Shown here: one piece after another, positions 18,369 to 28,446 of the stretch | Layout of the letters: every line of letters begins with the position of its first letter | Position numbering within the stretch: position 1 is the stretch's first letter | Assembly: GCA_963664595.2 (NCBI GenBank) | Contig: CAXXOK010000007.1 | Span: forward strand, 293,287-357,286 | Length of the DNA: 64,000 nt | Source of the DNA: Candidatus Limiplasma sp. | GTDB lineage: Bacteria > Bacillota > Clostridia > Christensenellales > Aristaeellaceae | Direction: 5' to 3' | Position numbers and translations under genes: made by a program | The notes under the pieces: model-generated | Seen by the model: only the letters and a program-made list of their open reading frames with translations | Told to the model about the DNA's origin: nothing | Databases searched by the model: none

Positions 18369-19552
18369 TGCCCATTCTCCGCCAGCAGGCAGCGGATCAG
18401 GTCGCGGTTCAGGCAGCTCAGCCGCCCGACGCGCTGCTCACTCGCGCCGCTGTTGAACGACACAAATCCGTTGCCTTGTTCGTCAAAAAAGAATCCGTTC
18501 ACCGCTCCGTACGCAAAGCCCTGATGGCCGTACACACGGCGAGCCAGCACCTGCGGATCCGAGAGTGAAAACAGTCCCATTCCGTGAATCATACCCGGCC
18601 GGGGCGTATCGTCCGTCGGGTCCAGCGTGCGGAGGTTATGCAAGGATTTTGCATCGATAAACGGTTCTCCGTTATCGTTTCTTCCGTCGATCATCACCCG
18701 GCAGAGCTTGGTCATATCCCCCGCCGTGAGATACAGGTTGCCCGAGGCCAGCAAAAAATGGCGCTGCGGATCGGGTGCGCTGATGGGCGCCGTGGTCTGT
18801 GCGCGCCTGCGGGCGTCGAAATCCGGGGTTCTCCTTTGGGGCAGCACGCGGTAATCGTTGGCAACGCGGGCCGCGTCGGCCTTGGTGATATCAAAGGTCG
18901 CCTCCACCTGAAGCGGCTGAAAGAGCTCCCGCTGGATCAGCTCCTCGATGCTCGTTTCAAACCGCGCCTCCAGCAGGCTGCCGACCAGCCCTGCCCCCAG
19001 ATTAGAATAGTGGAAATGCCGGTACGGCAGGTGCGCCGAAAAGCTCTGACTGTCGCAGAGCAGATCATCGGCCATAATATCTTCCCAAAACGACCGGAAA
19101 TATAGGGGGCTGTCCACCATCCCCGAGGTATGGCTGAGCAGCGAGCCCAGCGGGATGAATACATCGGGATGGTGCGGATTGCGAAGGGCGGTATGCCAAA
19201 AGTCCGATATATCCTCCTCTACGCTCAGCCTGCCAAGCGTTTGCAGCCGCATCACCAGCAGCGCGCATACCGCCTTGGCCACGGACGCGGTACGGAAGAT
19301 GGTATCCGGCCGCACCGGTTGCATGGGCCGAAGCACGGCATAGCCCGCCGTATAGGTTTCCGCCAACCGGCCGCCGCGGATCCTCTGCACACAGCCACCC
19401 ACGGTATGGTAGGTTTTCCAGATTTTCTCGATGGCCCGGAGCGTGTCCGGGTCCGCATTCCCCACAGCATCGGCGTGCTGCCAGCCGCATCGCCTGCCAA
19501 ACAGCGGCAGGGCCGCGGCATATAGCTTATTCTTCCGCGGTGATACCGGCAT
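18365..19552 (-). CDS. Serine hydrolase of the beta-lactamase (class C/esterase) family
   Basis: S-x-x-K (SVAK), Y-S-N (HYSNLG) and H-x-G (GHQG) motifs in the expected order. Confidence 0.8.
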   Translation of the reverse strand: MPVSPRKNKLYAAALPLFGRRCGWQHADAVGNADPDTLRAIEKIWKTYHTVGGCVQRIRGGRLAETYTAGYAVLRPMQPVRPDTIFRTASVAKAVCALLVMRLQTLGRLSVEEDISDFWHTALRNPHHPDVFIPLGSLLSHTSGMVDSPLYFRSFWEDIMADDLLCDSQSFSAHLPYRHFHYSNLGAGLVGSLLEARFETSIEELIQRELFQPLQVEATFDITKADAARVANDYRVLPQRRTPDFDARRRAQTTAPISAPDPQRHFLLASGNLYLTAGDMTKLCRVMIDGRNDNGEPFIDAKSLHNLRTLDPTDDTPRPGMIHGMGLFSLSDPQVLARRVYGHQGFAYGAVNGFFFDEQGNGFVSFNSGASEQRVGRLSCLNRDLIRCLLAENGQ

Positions 19553-20618
19553 CGGACGCCTCCCTGTTGAGCATACGGTACGGCATGAAAAGATACGCGG
19601 CTACGGATATGCCCGCATAAATAAAGTACGGCGACTGCCAGAACCCCTGTCCGCCGAAAATCCAAAGCAGCAGGTATAGCAGCATGTCAACCCCCACCAG
19701 CCAAAGCGCATAGGTATCCTTGTCGGCGAATAGCGCCAGCGCGCCGACGCACAGCACGTACAGTACCAGCGTAAGGATCACCCCAAGCAGGGTTTGGGAA
19801 AGCAGCGGGCGTATAAACGCCACCAGACACAGCAGCAGGTAGGCCATAAACGGCTTCCCCTTTTTTTGCCGGTACAGCCGCGCCATGAAAACCGCGGCCA
19901 CCGCTACGCACAGCAGCAGGCTGAGCATCTGGCTGACGCGCATCCCCAGCAGATACAGGCTGTCGGTGCGCAGCTGCTCCACCAAAAAGCGTCCGCAGCC
20001 GTACAGCACCAGATACCATAAAAATGTATCGCCCTTTTGCTTGCGGTATTTGCGCGTTGCCCACAGCACCGCAAACACCGACAGGTTCCATACCGATTCA
20101 TAAAAGAACGTGGCAACGTGCCACACATTCGCGCCGTTTTCGTGTATCAGCACCCCGGCCGGGAAAAACTGCCAGAAACGGCTGGTAATCTCCGGGCCGA
20201 ACGCCTCCCGGTTGAAATAGTTGCCCCAGCGGCCAATTGCCTGCGCCAGCACCAGCCCCGGCGCCACCATATCCGCAAGCGAGGCAAAGGAAACCTTTTT
20301 GACGCGGCTGTAGATATATACGCTGATCACGCCGCCGATCACCCCGCCGTAAATCGCAAGGCCGCCGTTCCACGTAAACAGGATGGAGATGGGATTTTTG
20401 ATATATTCATCGAGCTTCATGAGCACGTAATAAATACGCGAGCCGATAATCCCGGCCGGCACCGCAATCAGCACGATATTGAGCATCGTATCCCTGGGCA
20501 TCCCGAGGCGCTTTTCCTCCCGCGTACCCAGCCAAAGCGCCAGCAGAATGCCGGATATAATCAGCACGCTGTACCAGGTGATGTTTCCGATTACATATCG
20601 GCTGTACGGTATCGCCAC
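19527..20618 (-). CDS. lgt: Prolipoprotein diacylglyceryl transferase Lgt with an extra ~100-aa C-terminal TM extension
   Basis: Lgt signature GRWGNYFNREAFG. I prefer the GTG at 20618, 7 nt after GAGGGGG, over the TTG at 20657. Confidence 0.85.
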   Translation of the reverse strand: MAIPYSRYVIGNITWYSVLIISGILLALWLGTREEKRLGMPRDTMLNIVLIAVPAGIIGSRIYYVLMKLDEYIKNPISILFTWNGGLAIYGGVIGGVISVYIYSRVKKVSFASLADMVAPGLVLAQAIGRWGNYFNREAFGPEITSRFWQFFPAGVLIHENGANVWHVATFFYESVWNLSVFAVLWATRKYRKQKGDTFLWYLVLYGCGRFLVEQLRTDSLYLLGMRVSQMLSLLLCVAVAAVFMARLYRQKKGKPFMAYLLLCLVAFIRPLLSQTLLGVILTLVLYVLCVGALALFADKDTYALWLVGVDMLLYLLLWIFGGQGFWQSPYFIYAGISVAAYLFMPYRMLNREASDAGITAEE

Positions 20619-20716
20619 TGAATCGCCCCCTCTTGTTTCGATTATAACATTCACCAACGGGCTGTCAAGGAAGGCTGCGCCGCCCCGTCAATTTTAGCGG
20701 CGGCCCGTGCTTGCCA

Positions 20717-20745
20717 TTGCTCCCCCCTTGGAATCATGGTAGAAT
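20717..20745 (+). promoter_or_regulatory. Promoter TTGCTC-17-(TGg)TAGAAT for the malic enzyme gene
   Basis: ttgctc at 20717-20722 and tggtagaat ending at 20745. Confidence 0.4.
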
Positions 20746-20780
20746 GTCATTTGTACTGAGAACATGGAGGAAACCTCCCG

Positions 20781-21965
20781 ATGGATTATAGAGCCGAATC
20801 CCTGAAAAAGCACTACGAATGGCGGGGCAAGCTGGAGATCAACCCCCGCGTGCCGGTTACCAACCGCGATGAGCTGTCCCTGGCCTATACGCCGGGCGTG
20901 GCGGAGCCCTGCCTTGCGATTGAAAAGGATCTTGAAAAGAGCTACGAGCTTACGGGGCGCGGCAACCTGGTCGCCGTTATTACGGACGGTTCGGCCGTGC
21001 TGGGGCTTGGCAACATCGGCCCGGAGGCCGGTATGCCCGTGATGGAGGGCAAGTGTGTTCTGTTCAAGGCGTTTGCCAATGTGGACGCTTTTCCGCTGTG
21101 TATCAAATCCAACGATGTGGACGAAATTGTGCGCACGGTATCCCTGCTGTCGGGCAGTTTCGGCGGCATCAATCTGGAGGATATCTCCGCGCCCCGCTGC
21201 TTTGAGATCGAGCGGCGGTTACAGGCCCTGTGCGATATTCCGGTTTTCCATGACGACCAGCACGGCACCGCCGTGGTGGTGGCCGCGGCGCTGCTTAACG
21301 CGCTGAAGGTTGTGGGCAAGAAAATTGAGGATGTCACCTGCGTGATCAACGGTCCGGGCGCGGCGGGCATCTCCATCGCCAAGCTGCTGCTGCTGCTGGG
21401 CATCGGCGAGGTGATTCTCGTCGCCATTCAGGGCATTGTGGCGGAAGGGCTGGACGGCCTCAATGACGCGCAGCTGGAAATGGCCAGGGTCACCAATCCC
21501 CGCAAGCTGCGCGGCACGCTGGCCGACGCCATGAAAGGCGCGGACGTGTTCATCGGGGTATCCGCGCCCCATCTGGTTACGGCCGATATGGTGTGCTCCA
21601 TGGCCAAGGACCCCATCGTGTTCCCGATGGCCAACCCCACACCGGAGATTGATCCCGAGGAAGCCAAGCGGGCGGGCGCGGCGGTGGTGGGCACAGGCCG
21701 CAGCGATTATGATAACCAGATCAACAATGTGCTGGCCTTCCCCGGCATTTTCCGCGGCGCGCTGGATACCCGCGCCCGCTGCATCAACGACGCCATGAAG
21801 ATCGCTGCCGTCCAGGCCATCGCCTCACTGGTGACGGACGAGGACCGCAGCGCCACGTATGTAATCCCCTATGCCTTTGACAAGCGCATCGGCGCCGCCG
21901 TGGGCCGTGCCGTGGCCGAGGCTGCCGTACAGAGCGGCGTCGCCCGCAAGCTGCCCGCCGAGTAA
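20781..21965 (+). CDS. NAD(P)-dependent malic enzyme (short form)
   Basis: 394 aa with YTPGVAEPC, VAVITDGSAVLGLGNIGP, the NAD-binding GPGAAG motif and FPGIFRGALD. Confidence 0.9.
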   Translation: MDYRAESLKKHYEWRGKLEINPRVPVTNRDELSLAYTPGVAEPCLAIEKDLEKSYELTGRGNLVAVITDGSAVLGLGNIGPEAGMPVMEGKCVLFKAFANVDAFPLCIKSNDVDEIVRTVSLLSGSFGGINLEDISAPRCFEIERRLQALCDIPVFHDDQHGTAVVVAAALLNALKVVGKKIEDVTCVINGPGAAGISIAKLLLLLGIGEVILVAIQGIVAEGLDGLNDAQLEMARVTNPRKLRGTLADAMKGADVFIGVSAPHLVTADMVCSMAKDPIVFPMANPTPEIDPEEAKRAGAAVVGTGRSDYDNQINNVLAFPGIFRGALDTRARCINDAMKIAAVQAIASLVTDEDRSATYVIPYAFDKRIGAAVGRAVAEAAVQSGVARKLPAE

Positions 21966-22071
21966 CCGTCCGCCAGCCCCCCAACCGTTCCGCACGAGCC
22001 TGCGGCGCATGTCCTGCGCCCGCATGCTTTGACTGAGAACCAGAGCCTGCGCGCTTCTTACAGGAGGCACT

Positions 22072-23478
22072 ATGTCCATCCCGGCCACTTCCGAAGCCAA
22101 ACACTGGAAAATGACCGAAACCCCCATTCCGCGATTGTTGTTCTCTCTGGCCGTCCCCACCATCATCAGCATGCTGATCTCGGCCTTTTACAATATGGCC
22201 GATACCTATTTCATCGGCAAGCTCGGCTCTCCCAGCGCCACCGGCGCGGTAGGCGTATGTTTTCCGCTGATGGCCGTTCTGCAGTCCGTCGGGTTTATGT
22301 TCGGTCAGGGCTCCGGCAATTTCATCGCCCGCGCGCTGGGCGCCAAAAAACTGAAGGAAGCCGAGGAGATGGCCTCCACCGCCTTCTTTTCCGGCGTGCT
22401 TGCCGGTGTTGCGCTGATGGTCACCGGGCTTGTCTTTCTGCCCCGGCTGGTGTTGGTGCTCGGCTCCACGCCAACCATCGCCCCCTATGCTATCGAGTAC
22501 GCCCGTAATATTCTGATCGCTACCCCCTGGCTGCTTGCCAGCATCATCCTCAACAATCAGCTGCGGCTGCAGGGCAACGCGGTTTTCGCCATGGTGGGGA
22601 TGACCTCGGGAGCCATCCTGAACATTGCGCTGGACCCGCTGTTCATCTTTACACTGAACATGGGCGTGGCGGGCGCTTCCATGGCGACGATGATCAGCCA
22701 GTTTGTAGGGTTTGTGCTGCTGCTGCTGGGCACGCGCCGCGGTGATACCCTGCGCATCCACATCAAACGCTACACCCCCATAGCCGCCTACTACAAGGGA
22801 ATTCTGCGCGGCGGGCTTCCGGCCCTGTTCCGCCAGAGTATCGGCAGCTTATCCATCATCCTGCTTAACACCGCGGCAGGGCAAATGGGCGACACCGTGG
22901 TGGCCGCGTTCAGCATTGTGTTCCGCATCATGATGTTCGTCCAGATGATCGTGATCGGTCTTGGACAAGGCTTCCAGCCCATCTGCGGATTTAATTACGG
23001 CTCCGGGCGCTATGACCGGGTACGCGAGGCATACTGGTTTGCGGTGAAAATTTCGTTTTCCATGCTGCTTGTGGGGGCGGTGTTCGCGTTTACCTTCGCA
23101 CCGCAGCTGGTGGAATTCTTCCTCAAAGGCTATCCCGAGGTGACGGAGATCGGCAGCCTTACGCTGCGGCTGCAAACGTTCATGCTGCCGTTCTTCTCCG
23201 TTTTGATGATGAACAGCATGATGCTGCAGACCATCGGCCACGTGCGCAACGCCTCCATTCTGGCGGTGGCGCGGCAGGGGCTGTTTCTGCTTCCCGCGCT
23301 GCTCATCCTGCCCCGTATGTTCGGCTTGCTCGGATTGCAGCTGGCACAGCCGATTGCGGATTTCTGCGCGGTGATGCTGAGCATCCCCATCGGCCTGCAT
23401 GTACTTAACGACTTCAAACGAGAGGAGGCGCAGCTCGCCGCCAATGGCGAGCCTGCACAGGTGAATGTTTCGGTATAA
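22072..23478 (+). CDS. MATE-family efflux transporter
   Basis: 468 aa, 12-TM pattern with a typical MATE N-terminus (PIPRLLFSLAVPTIISMLISAFYNMADTYFIGKLG). Confidence 0.85.
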   Translation: MSIPATSEAKHWKMTETPIPRLLFSLAVPTIISMLISAFYNMADTYFIGKLGSPSATGAVGVCFPLMAVLQSVGFMFGQGSGNFIARALGAKKLKEAEEMASTAFFSGVLAGVALMVTGLVFLPRLVLVLGSTPTIAPYAIEYARNILIATPWLLASIILNNQLRLQGNAVFAMVGMTSGAILNIALDPLFIFTLNMGVAGASMATMISQFVGFVLLLLGTRRGDTLRIHIKRYTPIAAYYKGILRGGLPALFRQSIGSLSIILLNTAAGQMGDTVVAAFSIVFRIMMFVQMIVIGLGQGFQPICGFNYGSGRYDRVREAYWFAVKISFSMLLVGAVFAFTFAPQLVEFFLKGYPEVTEIGSLTLRLQTFMLPFFSVLMMNSMMLQTIGHVRNASILAVARQGLFLLPALLILPRMFGLLGLQLAQPIADFCAVMLSIPIGLHVLNDFKREEAQLAANGEPAQVNVSV

Positions 23479-24136
23479 CGCGGTTCTTTTTGACATGGAC
23501 GGAACCCTGCTGGATTCGGTGGAGGATCTTACCCACGCGCTCAACAAGGCACTGGAGGAGTATCACTTTCCAACCCATGACAAAGAGGCTGTTTCCACAT
23601 TTATTGGCAACGGTTCCCAGCAGCTGGTCAGCCGGGCGCTGCCCCGGCATGCGGATTCCGCAGCCCTTGCCAGCGTCCATACCGCTTTTAAGCGGTACTA
23701 TGGCGAATCCTGCGACCGTTTCACCCGACCGTACCCCGGCATCCTCTCCATGCTGTCCGCGCTGGACGAGATCGGGATGAAGCTTGCCATCATATCCAAC
23801 AAGACCGACGCGCGCGTAAAGCAGCTGGCGAAGGCCTATTTCGGCAGCCTGATCCACGTAGCCATCGGCAGCCGCGAGGGTGTTCCCCTGAAGCCCGCGC
23901 CCGATATGCTCTACCTGGCGATGCGGGAGCTGGGCACCGATCCCGCGCACGCCCTGTATGTGGGCGATTCCCACACCGATTTCGAGGCCGCCCGCAACGC
24001 CAAAACAGATGTCATCCTGGCACGCTGGGGATATGAAAACCCAGATACCCTGTCAAAGCTAACGCCGCTATTCTTCTCTTGCGATCCGGCGGAACTGCCG
24101 ATGCTGATTCTACAGGAACAGGAGGATGAACTGTGA
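23465..24136 (+). CDS. HAD-superfamily hydrolase (phosphoglycolate-phosphatase-like)
   Basis: DMDGTLLDS motif I, SNK motif and GDSHTD motif. Overlaps neighbours on both sides. Confidence 0.8.
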   Translation: MFRYNAVLFDMDGTLLDSVEDLTHALNKALEEYHFPTHDKEAVSTFIGNGSQQLVSRALPRHADSAALASVHTAFKRYYGESCDRFTRPYPGILSMLSALDEIGMKLAIISNKTDARVKQLAKAYFGSLIHVAIGSREGVPLKPAPDMLYLAMRELGTDPAHALYVGDSHTDFEAARNAKTDVILARWGYENPDTLSKLTPLFFSCDPAELPMLILQEQEDEL

Positions 24137-24732
24137 ACCCGTTTTTCGCCTATTTAAACCGCCTCAAGCTCATTCAGCGCTGGGGGCTGATGCGCAACGC
24201 CATTCCCGAAAACGATATGGAGCACAGCATGCAGTGTTCGCTGATCGCCCATGCGCTGGCGCTGCTGGCCAAGGAGCGATATCACCATGAGATTGACCCG
24301 CAGACCGCCGCCACGATGGCGCTCTATCACGATGCGGGCGAGGTGCTCACGGGCGACCTGCCGACCCCTGTAAAATACAAGAACGCCGAAATCAAAACCG
24401 CGTACAAAACGATCGAAAAGATGGCCAACGAGCAGCTGTACCATATGCTGCCCGACGACCTGAGATCAGCCTACCGTCCCTATCTGCTGCCGGACCACCA
24501 ATCCTACACCTGGAAGCTGGTCAAGGCGGCGGACCGGATCTGCGCCTATACCAAATGCGTGGAGGAAAAAAAGGCCGGCAACCTGGAATTTATCCAGGCA
24601 CAGACCGCCATTGCCGCAGATATTGCCGAGCTCGATCTGCCCGAGGTGAAGGATTTCATGCGGGAGTTTGTTCCCGCGTATGAGCTGTCACTGGATGAGC
24701 TGAGCCGGTTGGAGCCGGAAAGCGCCAAGTAG
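24133..24732 (+). CDS. HD-domain 5'-deoxynucleotidase (YfbR-like)
   Basis: RW....NDMEHS...., YHDAGEVLTGDLPTPVKY. GTG start overlaps the upstream stop. Confidence 0.8.
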   Translation: MNPFFAYLNRLKLIQRWGLMRNAIPENDMEHSMQCSLIAHALALLAKERYHHEIDPQTAATMALYHDAGEVLTGDLPTPVKYKNAEIKTAYKTIEKMANEQLYHMLPDDLRSAYRPYLLPDHQSYTWKLVKAADRICAYTKCVEEKKAGNLEFIQAQTAIAADIAELDLPEVKDFMREFVPAYELSLDELSRLEPESAK

Positions 24733-24801
24733 CGCAAGCCGCCGTCGGCCTTTCGCCGATTGATAGTATCCTATCCGTTCCCGATATAAAAATCCTGATA
24801 T

Positions 24802-24836
24802 AAAAAATAGCCGTTTCATGCGGCTATTTCTGCTTT
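24802..24836. terminator. Bidirectional terminator between yfbR-like and mreB (convergent genes)
   Basis: A6, then atagccg - loop - cggctat, then ttctgcttt. Gives a strong U-tail on the minus strand. Confidence 0.7.
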
Positions 24837-24866
24837 ACGAAAAACTCTTTCTCCGGTATCTTGCGG

Positions 24867-25895
24867 TCAGCGCGACAGGGCACCCCGGCGTCCGTTATCC
24901 AGCAGGCGGCCGAGATCGGAGCTGTTTTCCAGCACCTTGGCGCAGCCAATGACCACGTTTTTCTGCGGCTCCTCCGAGCAGGAACAGGGGATGTGCAGCG
25001 CGTCCGCCACGGCCTCGCACAGGCCGAACAGCTCCGCGCCGCCGCCTGTGAGCATGATGCCATAGTCGAATATATCCGCCGCAAGCTCCGCGGGGGTATG
25101 CTCCAGCACACCGTGAATGCTCTCGATCAGCTGCTGCAGCGGCTCGTTCAGCGCCTCAATCACATCGTCGGAGGTAATGCGCATGGTTTTGGGCAGGCCC
25201 GTAATCAGGTTGCGGCCCGTTACCTCCATGTACAGCTGCTTGGTGCGCGGGATGGCCGAGCCGATATTGCGCTTGAGCTCTTCAGCGGTCAGCTCCCCGA
25301 TGAGCAGGTTATGCTTGCGGCGCAGGTGACGGATAATCCCGTCGTTAAACTTGTCGCCGCCAATTTTGCTGCAATCGCTTACCACCGTTTTGCCAAGGGA
25401 CAGCACGGCCACATCGCTCACGCCCGCGGAAATATCCACGATCATGGTGCCGTATGCCTCGTCGATGGGCAGCCCCGCGCCCAGCGCGGCAGCGATGGTG
25501 TGGTCCAGCAGCTGGGTGCGGCGCATGCCGGCATCCAGCATGGTGGAAATGATGGAGCGTTTCTCCATTTCGTTTACGCCCGTGGGCAGCGCCATCACGG
25601 CGCGGGGCCGCACAAACACGCGCTTACCGATGGCTTTCATCACAAAGCTCTTGAGCATGATGCTGACCAGCTCATAATCGGTGATGGTGCCATCCCGCAG
25701 GGGACTGAGCGCCAGGATATTGCCGGGCGTGCGCCCGACCATTTTGGCAGCCTCGCTGCCGAATGCGATCACATCGTGGGTATCGCGGTCAATGGCGATC
25801 ACCGTAGGCTCCCGCAGGATGATTCCGCTGCCCCTCATATAGATCATGATGGTGCTGGTGCCCAAATCGATCGCTAAATCGCTGATACGTGCCAT
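24867..25895 (-). CDS. mreB: Rod-shape-determining actin homologue MreB/Mbl
   Basis: 342 aa with IDLGTSTIMIY, DGTITDY, DISAGVSDVAVLS and LTGGGAEL. No mreCD next to it. Confidence 0.9.
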   Translation of the reverse strand: MARISDLAIDLGTSTIMIYMRGSGIILREPTVIAIDRDTHDVIAFGSEAAKMVGRTPGNILALSPLRDGTITDYELVSIMLKSFVMKAIGKRVFVRPRAVMALPTGVNEMEKRSIISTMLDAGMRRTQLLDHTIAAALGAGLPIDEAYGTMIVDISAGVSDVAVLSLGKTVVSDCSKIGGDKFNDGIIRHLRRKHNLLIGELTAEELKRNIGSAIPRTKQLYMEVTGRNLITGLPKTMRITSDDVIEALNEPLQQLIESIHGVLEHTPAELAADIFDYGIMLTGGGAELFGLCEAVADALHIPCSCSEEPQKNVVIGCAKVLENSSDLGRLLDNGRRGALSR

Positions 25896-25937
25896 GCTGT
25901 TTCAACACCTCTTCTATGCGAACATTCGCGCTTATCG

Positions 25938-26771
25938 TTAAAATTCCTTCCCGGAGGGGCGCCGGATGGCCGAGGCCGAGTGCGAGTAGAACACCTGGGT
26001 CAGCTCCAGTCCGCAGGCGGGTGCCGTGGGGCCCAGGCACAGCCTGTCGCCCGTTTCGATCGCTTCGCGGAAACAGCCCGGCTGCAGCTTGCCCTTGCCG
26101 ATTTCGATCAGCGTACCCGCGATGATGCGCACCATGTTATACAAAAACGCGTTCCCCTGCACACTCAGCGTCAGGCGTTCCCCCTCCGCGGTCAGCTCCA
26201 GATGGGTCAGCGTACGAACAGTGGTTTTCGCCGTGCCGCCCACTGCCTGGAAGGCTGCGAAATCATGCGTACCGAACAGCTCCCTGAGCGCCAGCTTCAT
26301 AGGCTCCGTATTCAGCTTCATGGGGACATGCACCATAATGTTGCGGTACAGGGTGCTGGGATGGGGCGCGTTATGGATGCGGTAGGTGTAGGTTTTGCCG
26401 ACGGCGTCGAAGCGGGCATGGAAAAACCCGTCCACCTCGCGGCCTTCCAGCACCTTGATGTCCGGCGGCAGATGCGTGTTGAGCGCAAAGGGAAAGCGGT
26501 CGGCAGGGATGGAGGACCGGGTATCGAAATGCGCGCACTGCCCCAGCGCGTGCACGCCCGCGTCTGTGCGGCTGGCCCCCGTTACGGGGGTCTGCTCCCC
26601 CAGCAGCTTTTGCAGGGCTTCCTCCAGGCGCTGTTGCACGGCAATGCCGTTGATCTGCCTTTGCCAGCCCACATAGGCCGTGCCATCGTAGCTTACGGTA
26701 AGCAGCACGCGCCTGAGTCCGCTTGGCGCGATCAGCCGTTCCCGTACGCTGGAGGCGGTTTCCACAAACAT
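25938..26771 (-). CDS. truA: tRNA pseudouridine(38-40) synthase TruA
   Basis: VSYDGTAYVGWQRQ and the catalytic RTDAGVHA. Canonical position after ecfT. Confidence 0.9.
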   Translation of the reverse strand: MFVETASSVRERLIAPSGLRRVLLTVSYDGTAYVGWQRQINGIAVQQRLEEALQKLLGEQTPVTGASRTDAGVHALGQCAHFDTRSSIPADRFPFALNTHLPPDIKVLEGREVDGFFHARFDAVGKTYTYRIHNAPHPSTLYRNIMVHVPMKLNTEPMKLALRELFGTHDFAAFQAVGGTAKTTVRTLTHLELTAEGERLTLSVQGNAFLYNMVRIIAGTLIEIGKGKLQPGCFREAIETGDRLCLGPTAPACGLELTQVFYSHSASAIRRPSGKEF

Positions 26772-26786
26772 CGTCCGCGCTCCTTC

Positions 26787-27590
26787 CTACAGAAAGAGGT
26801 TGCAGGCGATCAGCAGCAGCAGCATGCCAACCGACACGAGGAACGCCTGTGCATCCTCCCGGGTGAAGCGCAGCACGCGCAGGCGCGTGCGGCCCTCGCC
26901 GCCATGGTAGCAGCGGGCCTCCATCGCCATGGCCAGCTCGCCCGCACGGCGGAACGCGCTGACGAACAGCGGCACCAAAAGCGGCGTCATCGCCTTGGCA
27001 CGCGCGATGAGGTTGCCGGATTCAAAGTCCGCGCCCCTGGCCTTCTGCGCCTTCATGATCTTGTCGGTCTCCTCAATCAGCGTAGGGATGAACCGAAGCG
27101 CGATTGTCATCATCATTGCCAGCTCGTGCACGGGGAAGCGCACCTTTTTCATCGGCGAGAGCAGGAGCTCAATCCCGTCGGACAGGGCTACGGGCGAGGT
27201 GGTCAGCGTCAGGATGGAGGTGCCCAGCACCAGAAAAATCAGTCGAAGGGAAAAATGAATAGCCAGCAGCAGCCCCTCCTGCGTGATGGCGATAAACCGC
27301 CACCGCAGCAGCACGGTCTGCCCGCCGGAGAAAAACACGTTGAGCACAAAGGTGAGGATCAGCAAAAAGCGCAGCGGCTTCACGGTTTTCAGCAGCTGGC
27401 GGAAGGCAAGCCCCGAAAGATGCGCCGTAAGAAACACATATACCGCCGGGATGATATAAAACACAGGAGAGCTGACCGTAAACACCATAGCGATGTACAC
27501 AATGGTGAGCAGGATCTTGGCGCGCGGGTCCAGCCGGTGCACCACGGTGTTGCCGGGCATGTACTGCCCCAAAGTGATATCCTTAAACAT
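26787..27590 (-). CDS. ecfT: ECF transporter transmembrane (T) component
   Basis: 267 aa with the EcfT pattern including ARG...F coupling helices (KAQKARGADFESG). Overlaps the ecfA2 stop. Confidence 0.9.
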   Translation of the reverse strand: MFKDITLGQYMPGNTVVHRLDPRAKILLTIVYIAMVFTVSSPVFYIIPAVYVFLTAHLSGLAFRQLLKTVKPLRFLLILTFVLNVFFSGGQTVLLRWRFIAITQEGLLLAIHFSLRLIFLVLGTSILTLTTSPVALSDGIELLLSPMKKVRFPVHELAMMMTIALRFIPTLIEETDKIMKAQKARGADFESGNLIARAKAMTPLLVPLFVSAFRRAGELAMAMEARCYHGGEGRTRLRVLRFTREDAQAFLVSVGMLLLLIACNLFL

Positions 27591-28446
27591 CGCGGTTCGC
27601 CCCCTTCAGCCGGATCAGCGCGTCACACACCTCGTCGAGCGTATAGAGGTCGTCGGGCAGATCGTAGCCCTCCGCAATCAGGCGGTGCGTAAGCTCCGCG
27701 CCCTGCGGCACGCCCAGCCCGATGCTTTTGAGCATCTCCCCCTGGCGGAAAACCTCGCGCGGGGTCCCCGACATCACCAGGGCGCCCTTGCTCATCACGA
27801 TCAGGCGTGTGGCGAGGGCGGCGATCTCGTCCATGTTGTGGCTGACCATGATCACCGTGATGCTGTTTTCAGCGTGCAGGGTTTTGATCATCTGGAGGAT
27901 AGCGCGTTTGCCCGCGGGATCCAGCCCGGCGGTGGGCTCATCCAAAATCAGCACCTTGGGGCGCATGGCCAGCACGCCCGCGATGGCCACCCGCCGCATC
28001 TGTCCGCCGGACAGCTCAAACGGCGATACGCCGCCGGTGGTTTCGTAATCCAGCCCCACCTGTTCGCACGCCCAGCGCACGCGCTCGTCGATCTCCTCTT
28101 TGGAGCAGCCGATGTTTTTAGGGCCGAAGGCAATATCCTTGGCGACGGTTTCTTCAAACAGCTGGTATTCCGGGTACTGGAACACCAGGCCGACCTGCTT
28201 GCGCAGCTCGCGCAGGGCCGCGCCCTTTTCCGTGATATTGGTGCCGTTGACGATCACGCGGCCCTCGGTGGGCAGCAGCAGTCCGTTCAGGTGCTGCACA
28301 AAGGTGGTTTTGCCGGAGCCCGTATGCCCGAGGATGCCGATAAACTCCCCATCCTCGATGGTGAGCGACAGGTTGTGGATGGCAACCGAGGAGAAGGGGC
28401 TGCCGGGTATATAGGTGTGGGACAGGTTCTCTATCTGGATAGACAT
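27583..28446 (-). CDS. ecfA2: ECF transporter ATPase EcfA2
   Basis: Walker A GHTGSGKTT, signature LSGGQMRRV, Walker B LILDEPT. Confidence 0.9.
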   Translation of the reverse strand: MSIQIENLSHTYIPGSPFSSVAIHNLSLTIEDGEFIGILGHTGSGKTTFVQHLNGLLLPTEGRVIVNGTNITEKGAALRELRKQVGLVFQYPEYQLFEETVAKDIAFGPKNIGCSKEEIDERVRWACEQVGLDYETTGGVSPFELSGGQMRRVAIAGVLAMRPKVLILDEPTAGLDPAGKRAILQMIKTLHAENSITVIMVSHNMDEIAALATRLIVMSKGALVMSGTPREVFRQGEMLKSIGLGVPQGAELTHRLIAEGYDLPDDLYTLDEVCDALIRLKGANRDV

